This document shows, one piece after another, positions 1-9,351 of a stretch of DNA of 24,278 bases. The notes beneath the pieces are model-generated. The model did no database searches. It was not told the origin of the DNA and saw nothing but the letters and a program-made list of their open reading frames with translations. The stretch covers positions 8,889,084 to 8,913,361 of the forward strand of contig MU054212.1 of assembly GCA_013239625.1 (NCBI GenBank), given 5' to 3'. Position 1 is the stretch's first letter. Each line of letters begins with the position of its first letter. This stretch comes from Lama guanicoe. Lineage: Eukaryota. The position numbers and the translations under genes are program-made.

Positions 1-39
1 GTACGTTAAATGGATGCACAGCTGTGTTTATGTATTATA

Positions 40-270
40 AATAATTAAAACATACCCCTATTGACAGATATCAAAGTTTCTGATTTTTAATTTTATAAGT
101 AAGACTGCAGTAAACTTTGCTTTTGAACAGGGCTATTTATATATTTACTTAGTCATTTATTTCTGCTTCTGCCAAATGATTTCCTGGGAACATGAGTGGG
201 ATTCCAGGATAATAGTTAAGAAGTTATTGCTAGGTCTTGTCATAATGTTTTCTGGTAAAAATGTACTGAT
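40..270 (-). mobile_element. Highly decayed old L1 (L1M-type) fragment
   Basis: AT-rich, with weak resemblance to the antisense L1 3' region (ataccccta ttgacagata..., gtgggattccagga). Confidence 0.3.
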
Positions 271-1204
271 TTATAATGGTAGTGTTTCAATAGCAGGCTG
301 GCCCAGCCATTTCAGGTTCCCTGGGCTAGGGCTCCCAGTTCAAGGAATACGCTCCACTTCTTTGGTGGAGCCCTTTTCATTAGAACTTGTTCATTCCAAG
401 AAGGCAGCAGGCATAGTCTGAAGAAATGAGCCAGAGCGGCTTCAGGATTTGGAGAAACTAGGAGCGTGCCTGGCAACGGGAAGGGAAACTCCGCAGGGTG
501 AACGGAGAGGTCCCATCCCTTCCCCACCCAGTTCCTCTGAGGCTAATGGGGTCCCCTCCCAACATGTGGGGGGCCCAGGTAAAGCTTCAAATGGAGGCCC
601 ATATGCCAGGCTTATAAATACATTTAAAATTCATAAATCAAACCAAATGGTAAGAAAAATACGTTCTTCCTACTTTGACGAATATACCTTCTTAATGACT
701 CAGAAGGACAGATCTGAATTTAGAATTCTGACTCCTTGGCACTTTGCACAGGAAGGTACGGATGGTGTGAGGAAAGCTGGCCCAGCCCCTGGTTGCCAGC
801 CATAGCCTACACTCTTTCTCTCCCCACCCCGGAGCTACGGACCCCAGAAGTGTGTCCACCTGATCCTGCACATCCAAACTCCATCCAGACTCCACTGCGA
901 GCAGCCACTCCATAGCCTCTTCCTAGGCTTGTTGTGGGGGGGGTCCACCCTAAGGGGGATCATGCAGAGAAGAGACACAGTAGTGTTGGAAATATGTTCA
1001 GGGTCGTTTGGGCAGGGTCTTCTGTGGTACCAGGTACCTGGAGATCACTCTAGAGAGAGAGCAGCTTGTGTCCCGGGGGGCATGAGCACTTGTCCTATGG
1101 ACTCCTTGTCCTTTAGGGAGAGGTGGGCGGAGTGAGGCTCTCTAATGCACAGAGCCTAAGGCACTTAGCCCTTGCTCTGGGCTAAGATAAATGCTGGTAA
1201 GAAC

Positions 1205-1338
1205 TTTTCTGGATAAAGTGAACTGCCCCAAAGAGAGGACCTACAGATACTCAGGGAAAAAGCCATTTTTCCACCAGCTTGTCCACAGTGAAGCCCACCA
1301 GGCAAAGTGCCTCTGTTATGCCCCAGAGCTTCCAATCG
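1205..1338 (+). mobile_element. HAL1 (half-L1) 5' segment
   Basis: gacctacagatact...acagtgaagcccac...cagagcttccaatc resembles the recalled HAL1 5' region. It is cut off by the L1 poly-T at 1339. Confidence 0.5.
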
Positions 1339-2104
1339 TTTTTTTTTTTTTTAATTTTTAATTGCGGTGTAGTTGATTTACAATGTTAGTTTCAGGTGTA
1401 CAGCAAAGCGATTCAGTTATACATACACACACACATATATATATTTTTTTCAGATTCTTTTCCATTATAGCTTATTACAAGAAATTGAATATAGTTCCCT
1501 GTGCTATAGAGTAGGTCTTTGCTATTTATGTATTTTGTATATAATAGTGTGTATCTGTAAATCCCAAACTCCTAATTTCTCCCTCCCTCCCCCTTTCCCC
1601 TTTGGTAACCATAATTGTTTTCTATATCTGTGAGTCTGTTTCTGGTTTATAAACAAAATTTGTATTTCTTTGATTTCACTTATAAGTGATATCATATTAA
1701 TATTTGTCTTTCTCTGTCTGAATTACTTTACTTAATATGAGAATCTCTAGGTCCATCTATGGTGCTGCAAATGGCATTATTTCATTCTTTTTTATGGCTG
1801 AGGAGTATTCCATTTTATATATATACCACGTCTTCCTCATCCAGTCATCTGTTGATGGATATTATTTCCCTGTCTTGGCACTTGTAAATAGTGCTGCTGT
1901 GAACACTGAGGTGCATATGTGTCTTTTCAAATTATAGTTTTCTCCAGATGTACACCTAGGAGTGGGATTGCTGGATCCTATGGTGAGTCATTTTTAGTTT
2001 TTTAAGGAACCTCTGTACTGTCCTCCATAGTGGCTGCACTAATTTACATTCCCACCAACAGTGTAGGAGGGGTCCTTTTCCTCCACACACTCTCTAGCAT
2101 TTAT
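1339..2104 (-). mobile_element. L1 3' end (laurasiatherian/artiodactyl-type), piece 1: A-tail, 3' UTR, ORF2 C-terminus
   Basis: Poly-T at 1339-1352. 3' UTR motif tttcaggtgtacagcaaagcgattcagttatacata with internal (CA)/(TA) repeat. Minus-strand ORF2 remnant ...[25 protein letters not shown]. Confidence 0.92.
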
Positions 2105-2134
2105 TAAATTTTTTTGATTTTCAAAAAAATTTGA

Positions 2135-3057
2135 GTAAAATTTACTTTTTGTGTACAGTTCTATGGATTTTTGACAAAAGCATGGAGTCATGTATCTAGC
2201 ACCCCAAAACTATGCAGAACAGTTTCATCTCTCTAAAAATTCCCTTTTGCAGGAACTTTTAGTCAACTACTCCCTCAACCCTTGGCAACCACTTACATTT
2301 CTGTTCCTATAGCTTTTTGCCTTTTCCAGAATGTTGTAAAAACTGAATCATGCGATGAGTAACCTTTTGAGTCTGGGTTCTTTCATTTAGCAGCATGCAT
2401 TTAAGATACATCCACACTGTGGTATGAATCTATAGTTTGTTCTTTTCTGTGGCTGAGTAGCTTTCCATTGTCAGGATGTACCACTGTTTGCTTATCCATT
2501 CACCTATTGGTTGCTTCCAACTTGGGATAATTTTGAATAAAGAGTCTATAAATATTTGCATACAGGTTTTGATACATGTATAAGTTTTCAATTCATTTAG
2601 GTAAATGTCTCCAAGTGGGATTGTTGGGTTGCACATGTGTATAAGAACCTGCCAAATTGTTTTCTAAAATGACTGTATCATTTTGCATCCCCACCAGCAA
2701 TGAATAAGGATTTCAATTGCTCTGAATCCTTATGAACATCTGATATTGTCAGATTTTCCTTTTTAATTTTAGCCATATTAATAGGTGTGTAGTGGCATCT
2801 CATTGTGGTTTTAATTTTATTTTCTTAATGATGTTGAACATCTTTTTTATATGCTTATTTGAAACTCACATGTCTTCCTTACTGAAATGTTTGCAGACCC
2901 TTTGCCCATTTTTTGTTAAATTGAGTTTTAAGAGTTCTTTGTATGTTCTGGTGTTTCATCAGATATTTCATCTGCAAATGTTTCTCCCTTTTTGTAGCTT
3001 TTAAAAAAATTTTCCTTACAGTGTCCTTCACATAGCAAAAATGTTTAATTTTTTATG
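2135..3057 (-). mobile_element. Old L1M (L1MC/L1MD-like) 3' fragment, carried inside the insert
   Basis: ORF 2430-2636(-) NPTIPLGDIYLNELKTYTCIKTCMQIFIDSLFKIIPSWKQP resembles the L1 ORF2 C-terminus. 3' UTR tacagttctatggattttgacaaa...aacagtttcatctctctaaaaattccc is typical of old L1M, and the copy is much more diverged than the host L1. Confidence 0.85.
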
Positions 3058-3067
3058 CTCTCTGGAG

Positions 3068-3352
3068 TTGTTGCCTATGCACAGTGAGGCCGAACAAACA
3101 TTGGTGGAGTTGGGAGCAGAGAAAAGTTTTTCGTGGGGCAAAGTAAGGAGAACGGGTGTCTCATGCTCAGAAAGCCCCCAAGTTCCCTGGTGGTTTTCAG
3201 GAGGAAGTTCTCAGAGGCAAAATTTGGGATGAGGGCTGCAGGGTGTGTGACCTTCTTCTGATTGGGTGATGGTGAAGTCACAGGGTGGTGCTCCAGGAAT
3301 CTTGTGCTCAGCATGAAATTACCATCTTCCACCTGGGAGGGGGCCTTAGTTC
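3068..3352 (-). mobile_element. ERV1-class LTR, partial (U3 3' part, R, U5), copy 1
   Basis: Resembles a common cetartiodactyl ERV1 LTR (gcacagtgaggcc.aacaaac...ggagcagagaaa.gttt...gagggctgcagggtgtgtgac...tgattgg...ccaggaatcttgtgctcagc). CCAAT on the minus strand at 3261-3265. Homologous to 3500-3630. Confidence 0.8.
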
Positions 3353-3499
3353 CTCAGGACGTTTCTTGGCCCCAAACAGCCTCATGCCAGGGCAGCATCT
3401 GTCAGGGAGAGTCCCTCAGAGTTCCCCGGAGTGAACTGAGCTAGAGCAGCTGCTGGGGACTGGCCATGGGCACAGACTCCTAGTGCGGCTCGTCAAAAT
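3353..3499 (-). mobile_element. ERV 5' leader with degenerate tRNA-Arg-like primer binding site (3475-3495)
   Basis: Immediately after the LTR end (...TGTAACA), the minus strand reads atttTGACGAGCCgcactAGGAGTC, versus TGGCGAGCCAGCCAGGAGTC, the complement of the tRNA-Arg(ACG) 3' end. Confidence 0.7.
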
Positions 3500-3629
3500 T
3501 GTTACAGAACACAAGTTTGTGTGCCGATGCACAGTGAGGCCAAACAAACCAAAATGTTTGGGAGCAGAGAAAGGTTTATAGCTGAGCCCAGCAGGAACAG
3601 GTGGCTCATGCACACAAAAGAGTCCCCAA
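3500..3629 (-). mobile_element. ERV1-class LTR, R-U5 only, copy 2
   Basis: Ends in TGTAACA (minus strand). 3527-3630 aligns with 3077-3182, and U3 is missing. Confidence 0.8.
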
Positions 3630-3968
3630 ACTCTCCAGCATTTATGATTTATAGACTTTTTAATGATGGCCATTCTGACTGATGTGAGGTGATACTTCAT
3701 TTCAGTTTTGGTTTGCATTTCTCTAATAATTAGTGATATTCAGCATCTTTTCATGTGCCTGTTGGCCATCTGGCTGTCTTCTTTGGAGAAATGTCTATTT
3801 AGGTCTTCTACCCATTTTTTAAAAATTGGGTTGTTTGGGTTTTTTTTTTTAATATATTAAGCTATATGAGCTGTTTGTATATTTTGCAAATTAATCCCTT
3901 GTTGGTCGTGTCATTTGCAAATATTTTCTCCTATTCCATAGGTTGTCTTTTCATTTTGTTTATGGTTT
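3630..3968 (-). mobile_element. L1 piece 2: continuation of the 1339-2104 element (ORF2), 5'-truncated
   Basis: ORF 3416-3718(-) begins [29 protein letters not shown], the ORF2 segment just before the zinc knuckle. It joins piece 1 in register across a 16-bp duplication. Confidence 0.9.
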
Positions 3969-4553
3969 ACTTAAGAATAACATACTTCAAAAAGGAAAAC
4001 CAGAGAATAAGAAAGAGCGCTTGAAAATTAAAAATGTGAATGCTGAAATGAAAAATTCAGTAAAAGAAAAGGAACATATAGTCGAGAAAATCTCTCAGAT
4101 AGTAGAACAAAATAATCAAAGAGATTAACAGAGTGGAAAAGTTAAGAAAATTAGAGGATCTGTTTAGTAGTCCAATACCCAAATAATAGGAGTCCCAGAA
4201 AAAGCAAGCAGTGAAAACTGTGGAGAGGAAATTTTCAAAGACACAATACAGGAACATCCCCACAAATCAAAGAACAAGATCTCTAGGCTGGAAATAGCAA
4301 TGGAATCTCAAGATGATGAATGAAAATGAACTCACAGCAGGGCAATTTGTCCTGCAGTTTCAGTACACTGGGAATAATGAGAAGGTTCCAAATTTTCCAG
4401 AAAGAGGGGAAAAAAAAGGTTACATATACAAAGTAGGTAATCATCGTACCACGGATCCAAATTCCAAATTCCAAAATATACAAACAATGGCAATAATGAA
4501 GCAATGCCTCAAAATTCTGAGTGAAAATCACTTTCAACCTAGAACTATGTATC
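3969..4553 (+). mobile_element. HAL1, ORF1-like region
   Basis: A-rich, with decayed coiled-coil-like translation (ENKKERLKIKNVNAEMKNSVKEKEHIVEKISQIVEQ), ataggagtcccagaa, and aaaattctgagtgaaaatcactttcaacctagaa. Confidence 0.75.
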
Positions 4554-4554
4554 A

Positions 4555-4870
4555 TGTGTGTTGGACTGTTACAGAGATGACTGCAACAGTCACTCATATT
4601 TGGTACCAATGCCTCTTTGCAATGTGACTTGACTTCTCCCCTCAGGGAGTGGAATCTATTTTCCTGCTCTTTGAATCTAGCCTGGCCTTGACTTACTTTG
4701 ATTAAAAAAAGAGTGGCAAAAGTGACCCAGCTGAGCCCAAGATTCAAAAGACCCTGCATTTTTTGCTCTGGAACTCTTAAAAAGCTGCCATAGGACTGCC
4801 CATGGGAAGAAGCCAGGTCTAACTTATTGGATGAGAAGCCACCTGGAGGGGAGATCTTTGCCAAGTCCAC
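4555..4870 (+). mobile_element. MaLR LTR (MLT1-type) fragment
   Basis: ttgcaatgtgactt...gagtggaatctattttcc...ttgaatct...tgacttactttga motif block typical of MLT1. Confidence 0.7.
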
Positions 4871-4989
4871 GAGTTCATTAGGTGCAGTTGCCATTTTCCA
4901 AATGACTGTGGGCAAATATTTTCTTAATTGTTTCATTGCTACATAACACAGATGACCGTATATTCCCAGTCTTTAGAAGTCATTTTCTT

Positions 4990-5250
4990 ACCACTTTTCC
5001 TACGACCTGGCTTCTTCACATGGTAGTTTCAAGTCTGTATTCCAAGAGGGTGAGAGCAGATGCTGTAAGGATTCCTGAATGCCACTTTCAACATACTCTG
5101 TCAAAGTAAGTCACGAAGCCATCCCCATTCAAGGAGTGGGGAAATAGACCCCTCCTTCTGATGGGGAAAGTGGCAAAGTCATATTGCAAAATGGTGGGGG
5201 AAAAGGGGGTGGGAAGAACTACCGTGGCCATCTCCAACAAAGCTACCACA
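4990..5250 (-). mobile_element. MaLR LTR (MLT1-type) fragment, opposite orientation
   Basis: caaagtaagtcacgaagcca...cattcaaggagtggggaaatagacccctccttctgatggg...gcaaagtcatattgcaaa, ending in ctaccaca. Confidence 0.75.
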
Positions 5251-5252
5251 CC

Positions 5253-6100
5253 AAGGCAAGTGAGAGGATAGAGAACAGAAATACTTAGACACAAAAGTTC
5301 TCAAAAACTTACATTTTCGCAGGAAGCTACTGGGCTATATATTTATAAAAATGGAGAGTGTAAACCAAGAAAGAATAAGACACAGGATCCGGGAACCAGG
5401 GGTTCCCATATAAGAGATACGACAAGGAAATCTTGAGTAGGATGGGGCTGAGACAGCCACATTCCAAACTGGAGCAGGAAGATGGAGAACTGCCAGAGGA
5501 ATGTTTCTCAGAGGGATGTCCTTGGGGGAAAACAGCACTGAGAAATTATTTGACAGCACTGAAAGAGGCATTTTCAGAGCTGTTGCAGGATATGGGATCT
5601 AACTAGCGGCTCAAGGTAAAAGTAAGCAACCAGAAACAAAAACAAAAACTGAGGCAAATATTAACTTTAGAAAAAAAGAAAAAGTTGTACAAGGAAAGCC
5701 ATGTAATCATGTGTACTACTTGGCACGAAACTGAACAATATTAATATAATCATCATTTAAAAACAAATCACTGAATAAGAAGAACTTAACTAAAGTCATG
5801 GTAAAACTATATTGGGATGGTGGAGAAAGGAACTAGTCTGTAATGAAGCTAAAATCCTCATGTAGTATGATAGAAAGTCAGTGTATTTTCTAAAATTCCT
5901 CGATCAAAGTATAGCAGTGTCCTGACATTATTTAGAAATGAGTGCCTCTGGGAAGTAGAATGGGATGAAGTGGGTAGGGATGGGGACTGTAAAATAGGAG
6001 GCTGATTTTTTGGGTAACTTTTTATTACTCTTGACCTTTTAAACTAAGAGAAAGTGGTACATTACTAAAAAAGAATGACTTCAAAAAATACATTGAGAAA
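5253..6100 (+). mobile_element. HAL1, 3' continuation
   Basis: caggaagctactgg...gagtgtaaaccaagaaagaataagacacaggatccgggaaccagggg...ccaaactggagcaggaagatggag resembles HAL1 and resumes where 4553 stops. Confidence 0.7.
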
Positions 6101-6269
6101 AAATATTGTCTGTTAATCAGAGGAAAAATATGATTGCTAAGAAGCAGTTTCAAGGGAGTTGTTAGGACAGAAAGTCTCAAAAGAATTATGCATGACCTAT
6201 ATGATTGAAAATTTTGAAGCTTTCATTTTAGGTGCCAAAGGTTTCATTGAAGTTTTAAAACTGAAATTG

Positions 6270-6905
6270 AGTAAGACAAGTTCCAGTCCTGAAGGTCTTA
6301 TGATTTAGTAGGGTAGGCATATAAGTAAGCAAGAATTTTCAATGCAACATGAAAAGAGCTACCATAGCAACATGCAGAAAGTAATCTGAGACCGCAATCC
6401 CTGTTTGGGGTGGAGTTGGAGATGGCAATCTAGAACAGCTGATCTTAGAAATGAGTGTTGAAGGATAAGTGGGTTCAGTTGGCCAAATCGATAGGGAAGA
6501 GCATTCCAGGTTCAGAAGCTCACCATGAACAATCTCAGCATGTTTGGGAAAAGGTAGTAAGTTCAATGTGGCCAGGATGTGAAGTGGGGAGTGACCAGAG
6601 GTAAGCCTGGAGTGGGAGACTGGGGCAGACCCTACAGGGTCTTGTGAGTCATGCTAAGGGGATTGGCATGGCTTTACCCTAAGATGTGACACATCTAATG
6701 CACATCTTAGAATGATCACTGGCTCTGGGGAAGTCAGTGGAAGATCAAACACAGGATGAAGGACTGGGGAAGGGAGACTCGCTAGAAGACTTGTATAGGA
6801 CTTGAGGGCTAGACAGGAGGAGAGTTGAGAAGTATTTCGAAGGCTGATTCAGTGACAGGTCATAGTGACCAGTAGCAAGATATAGGACTCAAAGATGACT
6901 CCGAT
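6270..6905 (-). mobile_element. L2 LINE fragment
   Basis: Purine-rich antisense L2 motifs: tgaaggataagt...gggaagagcattccagg...ggggcagacc...agggtcttgtgagtcatgctaagg...agaatgatcactggct...tcaaagatgactcc. Confidence 0.75.
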
Positions 6906-6906
6906 G

Positions 6907-7120
6907 TTCACTCATACATCAGACATTTATTGTGTGCCTTTTCTTCACTGGGCACTCTGCCAGGCACTGGTGGGGTATAGAGTTGAATACAGCATCGTCC
7001 CTGCCCTAGAGGAGCTTTCAGTTTAGCGGGAGCACAGAGATAAACTAGCAGTAACTGTAGCTGTGATGCTCCATTCTCAAGAGGAGAACAGAGCCCAGAG
7101 GGACCGAGAAGAAGCTGTCA
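6907..7120 (-). mobile_element. L2 3' end
   Basis: ttcactcat...acatttattgtgtgcct...ctgggcactctgccaggcactgg...gtccctgccctagaggagctttcagtttag. Confidence 0.75.
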
Positions 7121-7464
7121 AAGAGAGAGAAGGCGAACCCAGAGTGGATAGAAGTAATAATGAAGCTGAGGGAAAGAGTCTGGGAAAGAATGCTTCATGG
7201 TGAACAGATGCTGCCAAGAAAGTGGGCAGCAGGGCTAAGGTGTCCCCCAAATGAGGCAATTAGGATGGCACTGATGATCTCAGAACAGCAGGGAGGGTTG
7301 CCCACCAGATGCTGCAGGATGTTGAGCAAAGAGGTGGTGAGGATGCTGAGAAATGAATATAATTCTTTCAGAAGCTGGTCAGGAAGAAGAGATAAGCCAC
7401 TGAGTGGCAGGCTTCATAAAGATGTAGTTTTTAAGATGGAAAACACTTACGTATTTATTCTTAT

Positions 7465-7637
7465 CAGGACCAGCTATGTAAGTTATGGACCTCGATGCAC
7501 AATAAAAATTCAGATCCTCTTGTTAAATTATTAAAAAACTTAAGACAGTTACAGTACAGTGTGGAACCAGTGTGGGGCTCTTCTAAGTATGGGGACCTGT
7601 GTGCCTGCCCAGGCTGCATGCCAGGAAGCAAGTCCTG
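7465..7637 (-). mobile_element. MER45A-like non-autonomous hAT (Tip100 group) DNA transposon, full length
   Basis: Termini CAGGAC...GTCCTG are inverted. Flanking 8-mers ATTCTTAT (7457-7464) and ATTCTCAG (7638-7645) fit a decayed 8-bp hAT TSD. The 173-bp body is colinear with the recalled MER45A consensus. Confidence 0.8.
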
Positions 7638-9063
7638 ATTCTCAGGGGAAGGAGCCCCGGAGGAAGGAGGCTGGAACAGTGACAGAGCCTGGTCCTAGAA
7701 CAACGGGAGGAACTCAGTGTCCAGATGGAGGTAGAGCCTTGAGCAGGATTTTGGCCATCTCCTGAGATGGGAGAGATGGAAGATGGAGCTGGAAGATGGA
7801 GAGGACGGGGTGCTGGAAAGGGGGTACTTCACACTGGAGAGAGAATTTTCTTTATTGAATAATCTGTAGGGAGCGGAAAGAAGTTGCAGAAGTTTGTGGC
7901 AGCCTGAGAGGAGTGGGAGCACTGAGGAACCTGGTGGGGATGGGTCACAGGGCAGGCACTCGGCAGATGGGGCAGGAGCAACAGTGGCACATGACAGAAA
8001 GGTGAGGCCAAGAAGGTGGTGCAACAAGGTGGCCCCTGAGCTGATGGGCTGGGGTTCCCGTTTGGACAGCAATGAGAAATAGGGTGGCCAGAATGACTGG
8101 AGGGCTCCTTCAGTAAGAAGGCTAAATACTGGACTAGGGTTTCTTCCCCTTGAAGCCAGAAGAAAAGGAGGGAGACATGTTCCACCTTGTGAAGACCAGA
8201 TGTTAAGAGAGATTGGGTATATTAGTCATAAGACCTATTTGAATTAGGAGAACTGCGACCTTGGCCACAGCCTGGGAAAGGAGAGACCGGGGAGTTCTTA
8301 TCAGAGACGAAGGGGGTCACCCTCGAGCAGTGAGGAGGCTCTAAGCTCTGGCATGGCCGAGGCGGGCGGCCTGCAAATCTTGCCTCCAAGTCCCTCGGCT
8401 ACCATTGGGTCCCTAGCGCTCGGCAACCCCTCTGCAACTCGGTGACCTCGCCAGAAGCGCCCCTCGCAGCTCCTCAAGGTCCATTTAGGGCTTTCGGAGA
8501 CCTAACTGGCCAAGAGGGCGCGGTGATGCAGAAGGTCAACTAGCACTCACCAGGCGGCCCGGGCTCCAGGCCCGGCACTCGGGTCCCGAAGCGGAGCCTC
8601 GCAGTTCCCCAGGCCTCTCGCCAGGCGCCTCCTGGGCTTGTCTCTTAAGAACAGCTGCCGGGGTTCCCCGGCTCACCCTCCAGCTTCTTAGCTTCTTTCT
8701 CCCCAAGGGAAACCTCCCCCGGAAGCCTCGCTAGGCCTCCAGGTGGCTGCCACCACCCCGCTTGCTTGCCGAGGGGCTGGCTCCCTCGTCTCCCGGTGCT
8801 CAGCTGGGGTTTTCCGAATCCTGGCAGCAGAAGCCTGGCCTTCGCCGCCTTCATCTGGAAAGAGTTTTAAGTCCTCTCCCAGATGGAAAGAAGCCAGAGG
8901 ACGGCCATGCCCCCACCCCGCCCCCACACCCCGGTTCCCCGAGCCCGGAGCGGTGCAGCTCGGCCGGGGCTCCCCAGGCCGCGGGCGCACGTGCAGCCGG
9001 CGCCCCGGGGGACGTCAGAGCCTCCTGGGTCGGCCCGCCGGGGGTGCGGGGGGGGTCTCCACC

Positions 9064-9080
9064 CCGCCGCCGCCGCCGCC
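9064..9080 (+). repeat. (CCG)5 trinucleotide repeat in the promoter/5' region
   Basis: CCGCCGCCGCCGCCGCC read directly from the sequence. Confidence 0.9.
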
Positions 9081-9351
9081 AGCGGGCTTGGCGCAGGGCT
9101 GCGGATGCTGCGCGAGCCGTTCACCCTTTCCAGTTGCTGGCGGCGGGTCGCGTGGGTCGCGGCAGCCAGGCGGGCGCAAGGGGGACGGAGGAGGGGAGGA
9201 GCCGGAGCCGGAGGGGAAGGAGGGGGCCCGTCTGCCCACCGCGAGCCAGCGAGCGGCGGCCGCGGCCTCCCCTTCTCGCGGGTGACCCCGGCGTCCCGGC
9301 CCGCGGCCCCGCGAATCCAGGGGCCTGCGCCCCCCGGGGCAGGCATGCATC

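Noticed and set aside
3075..3718. ORFs 3075-3332(-) and 3416-3718(-) as products of the retrocopy
   Set aside because: The first is entirely LTR sequence. The second is an L1 ORF2 remnant reading by chance into the insert, starting outside it.
4456..4476. Short tandem repeat (TCCAAAT)x~3
   Set aside because: Local slippage within HAL1; no spacers, so not an array of functional interest.
4283..4936. 217-aa minus-strand ORF
   Set aside because: Spans antisense HAL1 and MLT1 remnants; no recognisable domain.
8481..8490. CArG-like CCATTTAGGG upstream of the promoter
   Set aside because: One mismatch to CC(A/T)6GG and no other support.
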